From: Octopus bimaculoides
Lineage: Eukaryota
Length of the DNA: 63,699 nt
NCBI RefSeq assembly: GCF_001194135.2
Contig: NC_068988.1
Coordinates: forward strand, 82,636,940-82,700,638
Reading direction: 5' to 3'
Positions 38,936 to 51,564 of the stretch are shown here, in pieces; positions within the stretch are counted from its first letter, which is position 1, and each line of letters starts with the position of its first letter. Under the pieces are notes generated by a model that was not told where the DNA came from, did not search any database, and was given only the letters and a program-made list of their open reading frames with translations. The position numbers and the translations under genes are program-made.

Positions 38936-39860
38936 ACAAGACGAAGAGTGCGATGTGATTGTAATAGATATTTTATTGGTTGAACAATATTTCAACAGCA
39001 AGCTTGTCTTTGTCGAGTTCAAAATGAAAAGTGATAAAAATTCAAAATTATAGAAATTCAAATCTAAAATATGAATGAGAGCAACCAGCATCCACACGTT
39101 AATGGAATGACATCATCATTCAAGCTTCAATTTTATAACTGGCCCAAAAAAAAACGGTAAGTCCTGTTCATTGTGCAACAACATGAGTCAAAAGAATTCT
39201 TTCAGAAATCATAACAGAAATGTTATGATTTATACAGAAGGTGGGGCATTTGGTGTATGCAGCAGAATGCATGAAACACAGCTTGATTTATGTTGGTTGT
39301 ACAAGAGAACAATTAAACCAAAGATTTAATGGGTACAGATATGACATCAGCCACAATAACAGTAGTTTGACAGAGCTTGCTGAACATTTTGCATCAAATG
39401 GCTGCAGTTTTGAAATAGACTTGAAAGTGTATATTCTCAGAAAATATTCTGAATCTGATACACTTTTAACACTCAAAATGCAAGAGGGGAAATATGTTTG
39501 CAGGTTATTAATATTACGTCCTGGAAGAATGAATAAAATGACAGGAGAATTTCATCAAATTTATACAAAACTGCTTGATTAAATATTCATCTTCTGTTTC
39601 CTTTTCTTTTTTCTTTCCTTTTTTCTCTTTTTTCTTTCTTTTTCTTTTTGACAGTTGTAAAACTGAAATTTGAAGACTGATGAGGTCATTCCATCAACAT
39701 GTGGATGCTGGTTGCTCTTGTTCATATTTTAGATTTGAATTTCTATAATTTTGAATTTTTATCACTTTTCATTTTGAATTTGACAAACACAGACTTACTG
39801 TTGAAATATCGTTCAACCAATAAAATATCTATTGCAATCGCATCACGCTCTATGTCTTGT
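38936..39860 (+). mobile_element. Second PLE family: GIY-YIG fragment between inverted repeats
   Basis: LVYAAEC...IYVGCT...LNQRFNGY...LAEHF; 38936-39141 is the reverse complement of 39652-39860. Confidence 0.8.
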
Positions 39861-40118
39861 GTATTGTTGTTGTTGTTGTTGTTAACATTATTATTATTAT
39901 TATTATTAAGTCATTAAGTCAGCAAGCTGACAGAATTGTTGGCATACCAGGCAAAATGCTTGCCCATTTTTACATTCTGAGTTCAAATTCCACCAAAGTC
40001 AACTTTACCTTTCATTGTTTCAGGGTTGATAAATTAATTACCAGTGAAACACTGGAGTCAATATAATCAACTAATCCCCTACCCCAAATTTTCAGGCCTT
40101 CTGCCTTTAGTAGAAAGG

Positions 40119-40195
<77 letters not shown>

Positions 40196-40342
40196 GGCAG
40201 TGAGCTGGCAAAATCGTTAGCACACTGGGCAAAATGCTTAGCAGCATTTCATCTGTCTTTACGCTCTGAGTCTAAATTCTGCTGAGGTCGACTTTACCTT
40301 TCATCCTTTCAGGACAGACAAATTAAGTATCAGTGAAACACT

Positions 40343-40655
40343 GTGAGGATCCATTACAACCATTGGGAAAAACATCAATTAAATAACGAAATCAAAGAGA
40401 GGTTATCTTCATTACATAGAAAAATAACCAGAGTTGATGACAGAAAGAGAATCCAACAAGATCTGGAAAAGTCGTGCATGAAAGAATTAAAAATGGTGAA
40501 GACATACCAAATTAAGAAGTTTTTGAAACTCAAAGGTCAGAGAATGAAGACTGAAATCCATCACCCACCTGTGAAAGCGGTAATTAATGTAAGTAGCCGA
40601 CATCTAGAAAGCTCTGCACATAATTCCTCATCTCTTAAATATAGAACTGTATTAT
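40343..40655 (+). mobile_element. Probable PLE N-terminal ORF fragment joined to the 3' end of the 36-38 kb family repeat
   Basis: Lys-rich peptide ending KAVINVSSRHLE, followed by CATAATTCCTCATCTCTTAAATATAGAACTG. Confidence 0.5.
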
Positions 40656-40896
40656 CATTATTATTATTATTATTATTATTATCATTATTAAAATTATTAT
40701 CATGCTGGGCAAAATGCTTAGAAGCATTCTGTCTGTCTTCATATTCTGAGTTCAAATTCGGCTATGGCCAACATTGCCTTTCATCCTTGGTGGGGTGGGG
40801 TTGATAAATTAAGAACCAATCAAATACTGGGGTTGATGTGATCGACTATCTCCCTCCCCACAAATTCCAGGCCTTGTGCCTATAGTAGAAAGGAAG

Positions 40897-40950
<54 letters not shown>

Positions 40951-42975
40951 AGACTAATCCCGTCTCTGTAAGGGTGTTGACAACTGGTGGTTTGCTCTGG
41001 AGGCGCTTGTCATGAACAAGCTGATTGGCAAGGTGCTGTCCTAACCAGCTCTATTTGCGACAACCTCCACCTACATCATAGAGAGGGTGGGTAACGAAGC
41101 TGGCATGGGTGGGGCTTTGATCAATTTAGATCAGTCTAAAGCCTTCGATAGGGTCAACCATCAATACTTGACAGCTGTTCTCAAGGCAGCCAGTTTCGGT
41201 CTGGTCTTTTGTAGGTGGATCGCTGCTTTGTACAGTGGCATCTGCTCAGTTATATGGGTGAACGGTCACCTGTGAGAGCCATCAACATCTTGCACTCAGT
41301 TCGCCAAGGATGCCCTCTCTCTTCACTTCTCTATGTATTGACTCTTGAGCCACTACTGTGGAAGTTGGAGGCATTGAGGGGGTTCCATGTAATTTAGGAT
41401 GTGGGAAGAGTGTGTCTGCCTATGCTGACGATGTCACGTTGATAGTGTCAAGCCACAGGCATATTGACCTGATAAGCAAAACACTAAACAAACATGAAGC
41501 AGTGACAGGAGCCAAAATTAACTCAGAAACGTCAGTAGGCTTGCAACTCAACACCTGGAGAGGCAAATCCATGCTGTCGAACAGCATCATGGGACGCTGG
41601 ACAGATGGTCTGGCTAAATTGCTTGGATCTGGTTCAGTCCAGACCTCCAGGTGGAGAAAAACTGATGAACAGGATGTCCAATCTCACCCAGAAATTGGCC
41701 AAGAGGAAGCTGTCCATGAAAAGTCAAGCCAAGGTGGTGAATGCATAGATTGCATCCATCATCTCTTACCACTTGACTGTCGTCCCTTGTCCCGATTGCT
41801 GGTTGACCAAACTGGTGCACTTACTCTTCCACTTTCTGTGGAGGGGGAAAGTTCCACTGGTCAGGCACTCCATCTGCTGTCAACAGCCGCTGAACAGAGG
41901 CCTTGACATGCCATGGTTGCTGATGCACGGACATGCACTTAGGCTACAGCATCTCAAGCATTTCTTGGATGCTGAGCAAGTGTGGTTGCCGTTTATCAGA
42001 CTCGCCTTTCCACGGCTCATCTCTTTGACTGAGCTGCAATCTTGGACCAAGTGTAGACCGAGAAAGGATACTTGGCACCTCGAGTGCTGTCAAGCACTCA
42101 CAGCCCTCCACCAGGCAGGCAATGCAATCAGTAGTAGTTCCACTCTAGCGTTCTATAGAGGGTTAGTGGAGGGAAAGTGTGATGACATTCTCAGGAAAAC
42201 TCTAGGTGTTGATGATGATCACTAACCAGTTTGTTTGGGAGACCTTTCGGGCTGGGGCCTATGGATAACTTCCAGAAATCCCTTGCCTGGCAGTGCTACC
42301 AAGGGGCACTGCCCATTCGAGATAAAACTTTACAGACACAGAAGTGCCATCAGCTGGGCCTACACTCATCCAGTGCCCGAGCATTGCTGACCTGTGGGTT
42401 TATGTCAAACAACTGCTGTCGCATGTAGGATGGATCCGGCTATCAGCTGAATCCATAGTGAAGATTGTCCTGCTGGCCTCCTTTATCTGGAAGGGGCAAG
42501 CAAATTTCTGGTGGCTGTAGCAAAAGAGGTAGTATGGTGGACCCATTTGAAAGGGCTAAAGTCAGACACTTTCCTCTTTGGTCAAGGCCTCATCAACTTT
42601 TTCAAGTTCCACTTGAAAGAGAAAGAGAGGGAAGTGTTGTCTTCTAGCAGATTTGTTGAAAGCTGGGTGGATGTCGTAAAAAAATGTCCAGTATGGATGG
42701 ACCAATTCTGAGAATACACCTGTAAAAAAAAAAAAAGTATAAAAAGAAAAGGGCTCTTGCCCTATTGATCAGGCACCTGAGACTTTTATGGGTTTTCCCA
42801 CAAGTAACCGTTAAAGTGCTTCTCCCTACTGGGAGTTTTTTTATTTGTTACATTGTTTTATTGTTATCAAATGTTTACATGGATGTTTTATTTTTGCAAA
42901 ACCCTTGTATATCGTCTTGTGTTGTCCTTTAATATTTTGATTTATATTAGCCCTTGTGGCCAATAAAAGAATGAA
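40951..42975 (+). mobile_element. 5'-truncated L1/Tx1-like LINE, frameshifted
   Basis: LINLDQSKAFDRVNH, SVRQGCPLS.LLY.L.LEPL, SAYADDVT; AATAAA at 42962 then (ATT)n. Confidence 0.85.
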
Positions 42976-42979
42976 TTAC

Positions 42980-43027
<48 letters not shown>

Positions 43028-43737
43028 CATTATTAAGATGGCAGAATTGTTAACACACCAAGCAAAATGCTTACCGGTATTTCATTCATCTTCATATTCT
43101 GATTTCAAATTCTGCCAAGGTCAACTTTGCCTTTCATCCCTTTATCGGTGGGGGGGTCAACTAAATAAGTACCAGTTATGCACTGGAGTCAATGTAATCA
43201 ACTCATCCACTCCCCCAAAATTGCTGCCCTTGTGGAAAAATTTGAAACCATTATTATTATTATTATGTGGGGTAAAGTGGTGAGAAATGATTTTCAGACG
43301 TTCAGACTCACACAGGAGATGACAAGGGACCGGGAATTCTGGCAATTTACTGTGATTGAAAAGCCATGTCAAGCCAAGTAAAACCATAGCCTTCCATGCA
43401 TACAAGCATGTCCTTTACAGCCATACACCCCTTCCCCTCATGTACATACATGTACACACATAATTCTGTCCACTGGAAAAACTCCCCCACAGCCCATCTT
43501 CCCAATACCCCCACTAATCACTGCAGGCCTCTCCACTCTCCTTCATGTGCCTATCTGCACATTCTCCATGCCTTTACATATCTACCAATATCTACCATAC
43601 CCACCTACCAGCTGTTCCACTTCCTCTCACAATCAATTGCAATCTCAAAATATCTCCCTCACACACTTATGGAACATCCTCTCTATTTCCTCTGTACTAC
43701 TTATATTTCCCCAACTGCTTCCTGTGGGAAGGCCCCC

Positions 43738-43823
<86 letters not shown>

Positions 43824-44090
43824 TTCTCTCTAACTCTCTCCCACCTCCCTCTTCTTCTTTGTCTTACTGGGGTAACCAAGTATCTCCTCTGTGATAAAAC
43901 AGCTATCCCTGTCCCTCTATCATACTTCAACCTCTTGCTTGGCACACAGCCATTTCCCTCAGTTCCACTCCCTCTTTCAGCCGATAGGCCCTTGTCTTGC
44001 AAGCTAACTGACAGCCCTGTGGGTGCTGGCATCACATATACAGTGCCTGCACTGGTGTTACATAAAACATACCCATGCTGGTGCCATGTA

Positions 44091-45374
44091 CGAGGGACAG
44101 TCAAAAATTATATGCACTCTTGTTTTTCCAATGTATTTATGCAGAAGTAGGGGATAAACAAGTACATCATTTTCCTATAAAGTCTCCTCCCTTTTCAGTA
44201 CACTTAGTCCAGCAATCCACAAACTTGCATATTCCCTTCAAGAAGGTTTGCAGTTGGTCGTTGGACCATTTATGCACTGCTTCCTTCACATCTTCATCCA
44301 TAAGACATCGATGACCTCATAAAACATTTTTGAGCAGTCCAAAGGGCAAGATCTGGGCTGTAAGCAGGATGTTTCAACACCACAAAACCCAATTGGTTAA
44401 TGGTTTCAACAGTCTGGGTGTGTGGGCATGCATTGTCATATAACAACAAAACTTTCTTTGACAATAGGCTTCAGCTTTTGGTGCGAACTGCTGGCTTCAG
44501 TTTGTTGGCCAGCAAAGCGCTGTATCTTGCACTGTTTTCATACACCTCTTTTTCATGTAGTCTTCCAGTATAGGCCCTTTTGAGTCCCAATAATGGGTTA
44601 GCATCACCTTTCCCACAGAAGACTGAGTCAGGAATTTCTTTGTCACTGGTGAGCCAGGATGTTTCGACTGCATACTCTGTCTTTTGGATTCTACCTCATA
44701 ACGATGGAACCATGTTTCATCTCCTATGACTATGCTGCTCAAAATTTCCTCACACACATTATTGTTGCGATCGAGTAAATGTTGGCAGACCTCAAAACGT
44801 TTGTACTTGTCCTCTGCAGTAAGCTCTCTTGGCACCCATCTTGCACAGACTTTATGGGAGCCAAGCTCATTGTGGATGATTTGATAGGCAGAGCCATGAC
44901 CAATCTGCAGAGAACAAGCTACCTTATCGATGATAACTCATTGGTTCACTATTACCATCTCTCAAGCCTGCTGAATCTTCTCATCAGTGGTGGAAGTTGA
45001 CAGGGATTCTGCTCCCTCTTTGTGCATCATGCATGTCCAGCTACTTTTAAATTTCATGATCCACTCATACACACTTCTACATGATAGTGCACTGTCCTCG
45101 TATTGTGCTAAAAGCCTCCATTGAATTTCAGCACCTGACACATCTTCCAACCAGAGAAATCAAATCACTGCTCTTTATTCTTCTTTGGTCCACATTACTA
45201 ATGGAGTGGCCATGCTTACACTGTGAAGCCAGAAAGAAAACTAGCACGATCAGGCTCAAACTTCGATCACGTGACCACAATAGTACCAACTATAAGCATG
45301 AATGCGCAGAAGGCAGTGTGACAATAATAAGATACATTATGGCAAAAGTGCAGATAATTTTTGACATCCCCTCA
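44091..45374 (-). mobile_element. Full-length-size (1284 bp) degenerate mariner
   Basis: TA flanks; TIR CGAGGGACAGTCAAAAATTATATGCACT / AGTGCAGATAATTTTTGACATCCCCTCA; IVIGDETWFHRYE; splits an RTE tail (GGTGCCATGTA | TAAAAAGCACCC). Confidence 0.9.
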
Positions 45375-45816
45375 TAAAAAGCACCCAGTACATTCTGTGA
45401 AGTGATTAGCATTATGAAGAGCATGTAGCTGTAGAAACCATGCTGAAACAGACAATTAGAGCCTAGTGCTGCTCTCCAGCTTGCCACCTTTTGTCAAACT
45501 GTCCAACCAATATCAGCATGGAAAACAGATGCTATATATACTTCGTTTTTGTATTTGGTTTGTAAGTTTCATGTGAATTCGTGCTTTGAAGGATATTTTG
45601 TTGTGAGAGTCATTCTGTTTTAATGCCTTATTAATTAACACACTCACCAGTTCGATTTCCACTCAGTTATTTATATTTTTCTAAAATTATTGATGCTTCT
45701 TACAATCTCTTCAACAGTTGTTGACTCTGTCCATTATCAGAGCTGCATTCTTTTTGTTTGTTTGTGCAAATGTGTGTATGTCAGTGTGCATGTGTATACA
45801 CATATGTATGTATGTA

Positions 45817-46734
45817 TTGGGTCATCCCATAAATAATGCGGTTTTTTCAATTCCATGAACGAAAAGTTGGAGGGGGACGGAATACATTACCTGCATCAAC
45901 TTACTATAAAAGCAGGTAGTAATTTTACCTTGGTCTCATTCTTAGTGCAAGTTTTCAAGAGTGCAGTTCGAGTTTAACAGTTATTTTTTCAAAGTTATAA
46001 TGGAAGTTGCAAAGGAGCATATTCGGCATATTTTACTTTATGAGTTCAATAAAGGCAGTAAGGCAGTGTGAGGAGTATTAATGCAGTAAATGGGGATTGG
46101 ACAATAAGCGTAAGCCAGAGTCAACAGTGGTTCCAGAAATTCCGAGCCAGGAACTACAGCCTAGAAGATGAGCCTCGTCCTGGAAGATCTGTAGAGCTCA
46201 ACAAAGAAGTCCTACAGACCCTAGTGGAATGAAATCCCATCATAACTGTTGAGGAACTAGCAAAGAAGTTTGGATTTGGTCATTCAACCATTCATCGACA
46301 GCTGTGTACCACTGGAAAATAGCCATATTTGGTTTCAAGACAAAAGGTGTTCTTCCATCAGGATAATGCTCGGCCACATACAACAAGAATGACATTCCAA
46401 AGACTGGGGCAGTTTGAATGGGAAACGATGCCCCACCCACCATATTTGCCAGACATTGCCCCATCTGATTATCATTTATTCCGCAGGCCTCAAAATCATT
46501 TGGATGGAAAATATATGAATTCTGTACACAAAGTCAGAACAGTACTGGGGGAGTATTTTTCATCACAGACAAGTGAATTTTGGAAAAGGGGCCTTGCAAG
46601 TCTACCAGATAGATGGAAGAGCATTGAAGAAAATATAGGAGAGTATATTTTAGATTAAAAAAGAAATTTTTTCATCTTAATTTTGAAAAATAAAAGGAGT
46701 ATAAAAAATTTGCATTATTTATGGGAGGACCCAA
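45817..46734 (+). mobile_element. Internally deleted DD34D mariner (918 bp)
   Basis: TA flanks; TIR TTGGGTCATCCCATAAATAATGC / GCATTATTTATGGGAGGACCCAA; MEVAKEHIRHIL; HQDNARPH...APSDYHLF. Confidence 0.92.
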
Positions 46735-47092
46735 TATGTATGTATGTATGTGTGTATGTATATATATATGTGTGTGTACGTTTGTATAAATGTATTGTGC
46801 ATATTCATGTGTTTGTGTGTGCATGTGTGTGTGTGTGCGTGTGTACCTCTGTCTCCTTGTGTGTGCATGTTTGAATGTGTCTTTGTGTATAAGTTTGTGT
46901 GACTATGTATGTGTATCTGTTATGTATGGATGTGTGTCTTCTTATGCATCTTTGTGTGTGGAGTGTGCGTGTGTGTATATGGTCATATGTTTCCGTCTCC
47001 TTTTGTGTATGTGAGTGTGCTTGTCTCTCCGTATTACCTATGTACCCATCTCTCTACTGACCTATCTGTTTATCTACATATTCATTTACGTA

Positions 47093-47125
<33 letters not shown>

Positions 47126-47229
47126 NNNNNNNNNNATATATATATATATATATATTTGCCTACATAACAGTCTACTAACAAATCTACCTGTGTATGTATA
47201 TACTGTAGGTATAAGGGAATCACTGCCTT

Positions 47230-48060
47230 CTATGTGTATTTCCTATTTAGTATGGGTGACGTTTCATCTATGAGGACGTACTCCTGTATTTGTCTGAATG
47301 CTTGGATAAAATGCAGATGTTGGTAGAGTATCTAGGACTGTTTTTTGTCGACATATTGTCTCAAATGTCATTTAATCACACCACAATGCTTCTCGATGTC
47401 TCACCAATGTATGTCATGTTCTTATCTTTACAAGCTCCCTCTATGCACCTTATGCTGTAGACTACATTTCTAGTTCTACAGCAAATGCCAGGGTTAATCA
47501 TACATACCCTGCTGGTGCATGTGGTATTCTTGAAGTGGTATGTCCTACAGAAATGTGATCTGATGGAGCACCCTGGCTTTTCAACGATTTTAATGTTGAG
47601 TTTGGTCTCCTTCAGAGCTTTCCTAAATCTACAGGCTAGTTCCCCACAGGCTGTGGCTTCTACAAACATCACTCCTTGATACTTGTCAGCCTTGTACCAT
47701 TTGTTCAACCTGTTTGCTTCGTCACAAACTCTCAGTATTCTATTCCAGTTTTTACTTTTGTATCTAGGGCAGGCACCACTGGTTTCATTACATATAATGC
47801 TATCTAACTTTTTTCTAATTCCACTATATACCCAAATCCTATCTTTCTGGTCATATCCAGAGAATTGCATGCAGTGCATGAAGTTCTGTACATGTTTCCC
47901 TGTTTCGTAGGGTTCGCACTTTATCCAAACTAAGTCTGCTATCAGCATGTTGATTTTCATATTGTGTGACACAGCTGAGTTCTTGTGAACAACATATTTA
48001 GAAGCTATGGGTTTCATGTATAGGAGTGGAGAAGCTGCACTCTGTTGTTCACAGTCTCTA
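47230..48060 (-). mobile_element. Third PLE fragment: RT thumb, Cys-rich linker and GIY-YIG
   Basis: KPIASKYVVHKNSA; CRTRNVVYSIRC...C...YIGETSRS; C-terminal RQIQEYVLIDETSPILNRK in a shifted frame. Confidence 0.8.
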
Positions 48061-48091
48061 ACTTAAGTTCAATATCAAGGACATATATATA

Positions 48092-48158
<67 letters not shown>

Positions 48159-48922
48159 TGTTTTTTTATAGGCAAAGGTATGGCTATGTGATAAGAAGTT
48201 TGCTTCCCAACCACATGGTTCCAGGTTGTTCAGTCCCATAGCATGGCATCTTAGGCAAGTATCCTCTACTATAGCCTCAGGCTGATGACAACAACAACAA
48301 TGATGACCAGAAGGAGGAGGGAGAGGAGGGGGATGATGATACAGGTTTGGTAGAACAAACAGGATAAAGAGAACTCACTACATGAACGAAGCCCCTAGAC
48401 CTTGAGTCACTTGGTAACTTCTTCAAATTAAAAATATCATCATCATCATCATCATTTAATGTCCACCATCCTTGCTGGCAAGAGTAAGAAGTATATTAGA
48501 AATAAATTTAACAAATGAAAGAAAAAGAACTCAGTATAATGAATTAATATGTTGTAATAAGATAACACCATAAATTCCTACTCTGAGTTTTACCAATTCT
48601 CACACAATGAAATAAATGAATTATCCAAGCTCATATTAATATATGAAATAAAAAAAAAAGCTATTGAATACGAGAGACTTTTTATTGATGAAAGCCTGTG
48701 TAGGTTTGAACTCAGAACCAAGTCTGGGAAAACTTTAGGTTCTAAAATATAAAAAATATATGTGTATGTGTGGCTGTGTATTAAGAAATTTGTTTCCCAA
48801 CCACATGGTTACAGGTTCAGTTCCACTGCATGGCACTTTGGGTAAGTGTCTTCTACTATAGCCCCAGGCTGATCAAAGCCTTGTGAGTGGATTTGGTAAA
48901 CAAAAACTGAAAGGACCCCATC

Positions 48923-49018
<96 letters not shown>

Positions 49019-49085
49019 ACACAGGTATGGTAATGTAAACAAGAAAAATAAAACTCAAAATATGAATATATGTATAATTTCATTA

Positions 49086-49171
49086 ATATTTAGCAGAAGC
49101 AACAGAGTGACTCAAGGGCTGAACGCATGAAACTCTCGGCACTTGAGTCATTCTGTTGCTTCTGCTAAATA

Positions 49172-49172
<1 letters not shown>
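49086..49172. other. 87-nt hairpin (31-bp stem, 25-nt loop)
   Basis: 49086-49116 pairs with 49142-49172 with a single G-T. Confidence 0.85.
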
Positions 49173-49227
<55 letters not shown>

Positions 49228-49358
49228 TCTATCTATTTTTCGGAAGGGCCTCCTGCCATAGAAACCATGCCAAATCAGTTCACCAGTTTCAGTCAAACCG
49301 TCTAACCCATGCCAGCTTGGAAAACAGATGTGAAGTGATGATGATGATGATGATGATG

Positions 49359-49393
<35 letters not shown>

Positions 49394-49402
49394 GTGTGTG
49401 AA

Positions 49403-49745
49403 GGCGCATGGCTCAGTGGTTAGAGTGTCGGTCTCACAATCATGAGGTAGTGAGTTTGATTCCCAGACCAGACTGTGTGTTGTGTTCTTGAGCAAATTAT
49501 TTTAATTCGCGTTGCTCCAGTTCACTCAACTGTAGAAATGAGTTGCAATGTCACTGACGCCAAGCTGTATTGGCCTTTGCCTTTCCCTTCGATAATGGGA
49601 TAACTTTGGTGGGGTGGAGAGGGGAACCATGTATGCATGGACGATGTTGGTTTTCCATAAACAACCTTACCTGGAATTGTGCCTCAGAGAACTTCTTAAG
49701 TGCAATCCCATGGTCATTCATGACTGAAGGGGGTCTTTACCCTTT
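49403..49745 (+). mobile_element. tRNA-derived SINE, family A, full length
   Basis: A box TGGCTCAGTGG, B box GAGTTTGATTCC, central TTCTTGAGCAA...CACTCAACTGTAGAAATGAG. Confidence 0.85.
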
Positions 49746-49746
49746 A

Positions 49747-49786
<40 letters not shown>

Positions 49787-49787
<1 letters not shown>

Positions 49788-51564
49788 GCAGTTTGGGTTT
49801 GCGCCAGGGAGAAGCACCATAGATGCTATATTTCTGGTAAGACAGCTGCAGGAGGAATTCCTAGTCCAAGATAAACCTCTGTACTTGTATTTCATTGACA
49901 TGGAGAACAGTTTTGACAGGGTCTACCAATCCTTTATCTGGTGGTCAATGCGGAAACTACGGATTGATGAGTGGTTAGTGAGAGCTGTACAAACCATGTA
50001 CAGGGGTGCTGTCAGTAAGGTGAGGGTTGGCAACAAGTATCATGAAGAATTCTGGGTAGGAGTAGGGGTCCACCAAGGATTGGTCCTCAGCCCCCTCCTA
50101 TTCATCATAATCCTCCAGGCAATAACACAGAAATTCAAGACAGGATACCCATGGGAGCTCCTCTATGCTGATGACCTTGCTCTAATAGCTGAGTCACTAA
50201 CAGAACTAGAGAAGTTTCAGGTGTGGAAGCAAGGTCTAGAATCGACGGGCCTTAGAGTCAATCTAGCAAAAACCAAAGTCTTAGTAAGAAAGAAGGCAGA
50301 CAAATCACAAATCCTTTCAGACAGATAGCCCTGCTTGACCTGTAGAAAAGGCATAGGTAGAAACTTCATAAGATGTAAGCCATGGACACATAAGAGGTGC
50401 AGCAATATCAAAGGAAGGCTAACAGGGAAGATAGTTTTTGTATGTGGCAGATGCTCAGGAGCAATAAACACTGAAAATGTGCAGAAAACAGCTTCCATCA
50501 CATGCCAAAGGAAAAACTAGAAGTAGTTGATAGCTTCCGTTATCTAGGTGACCAAGTAAGTAGCTTGGGTAGATGCTCTGAGAGTGTAGCTGCTAGAATA
50601 AGAATAGACTGGGCAAAGTTCATAGAGCTCCTGTCTCTGCTGGTAACAAAGGGCCTCTTGCTCAGAATGAATGGTAGACTGTATAATGCATGTGTGCAAA
50701 CAGCCATACTACACAGTAGTGAAACATGGGCTGTGACTGCTGAGGACATGCATAGGCTTGCAAGAAATGAAGCTAGTATACTCTGCTGGAGGTGTAATGT
50801 TAGTGTGCATACATAACAGAGTGTAAGCACCCTGAGAGAAAAGTTGGACATAAGAAGCATCAGATGTGGTATGGAAGAGAGACGACTGCACTGGTATGGT
50901 CATGTGTTACATACGGATGCGGACTGCTGTGTAAAGAAGTGTCCCACCCTAACAATGGAGGGAACTTGTGGAAGAGGTAGCCTCAAGAAGACCTGGGATG
51001 AGGTGGTGAAGCACGACCTTCAAACGTTGGGCTCCAGAGACAATGACAAGCGACTGAGACCTTTGGAGATACACAGTGCTTGAGAAGACCCAGCAAACCA
51101 AGTGAGGCCGTAGCCATGGCCTATGCCAGTGTCACATAACCAGCCCATTTAAGAGTACTCTTCAATCATTGGGAAATATGCTGTGCTTGAGAAGACCTAT
51201 CGAGTCAAGTGAAATCGCTATCGTGGCCAATGTCAGTACTGCCTAACTGGCATCTGTACTGGTGACACATTAGAGTGTGATTCATGCCAGTGTGACCGGA
51301 CTGGCTCCCATGCTGGTGGCACATACAAAGCACCATACGAGCATGGCCTATGCCAGTGCCGCCTGACTAGTTCCCATGCCAGTGGCACATAAAATGCACC
51401 CACTACACTCTCAAAGTGGTTGGCATTAGGGAGTGCATCCAGCTGTAGAAACCTTGTCAGATCAGATTGGAGGCTGAGGCAGCATCCTGGCTTGCCAGTC
51501 CTCAGTCAATCCATCCAACCCATGCCAGCATGGAAAGCAGGTGCTAAACGATGATGCTGATGAT
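49787..51564 (+). mobile_element. 5'-truncated RTE-clade LINE
   Basis: QFGFAPGRSTIDAIF, FIDMENSFDRV, GVHQGLVLSPLLF, LLYADDL, FRYLG; stops and frameshifts; (GAT)n tail. Confidence 0.92.

Noticed and set aside
39677-39700. CTGATGAG in the second PLE repeat
   Set aside because: Neither repeat copy has GAAAC; at most a relic
47258-47265. GAAACGTC on the minus strand as a hammerhead half
   Set aside because: No CUGANGA partner; it encodes DETS in the PLE endonuclease C-terminus
49403-49480. Functional tRNA genes in SINE or PLE heads
   Set aside because: No acceptor-stem closure, variable anticodon loops, contiguous with repeat bodies
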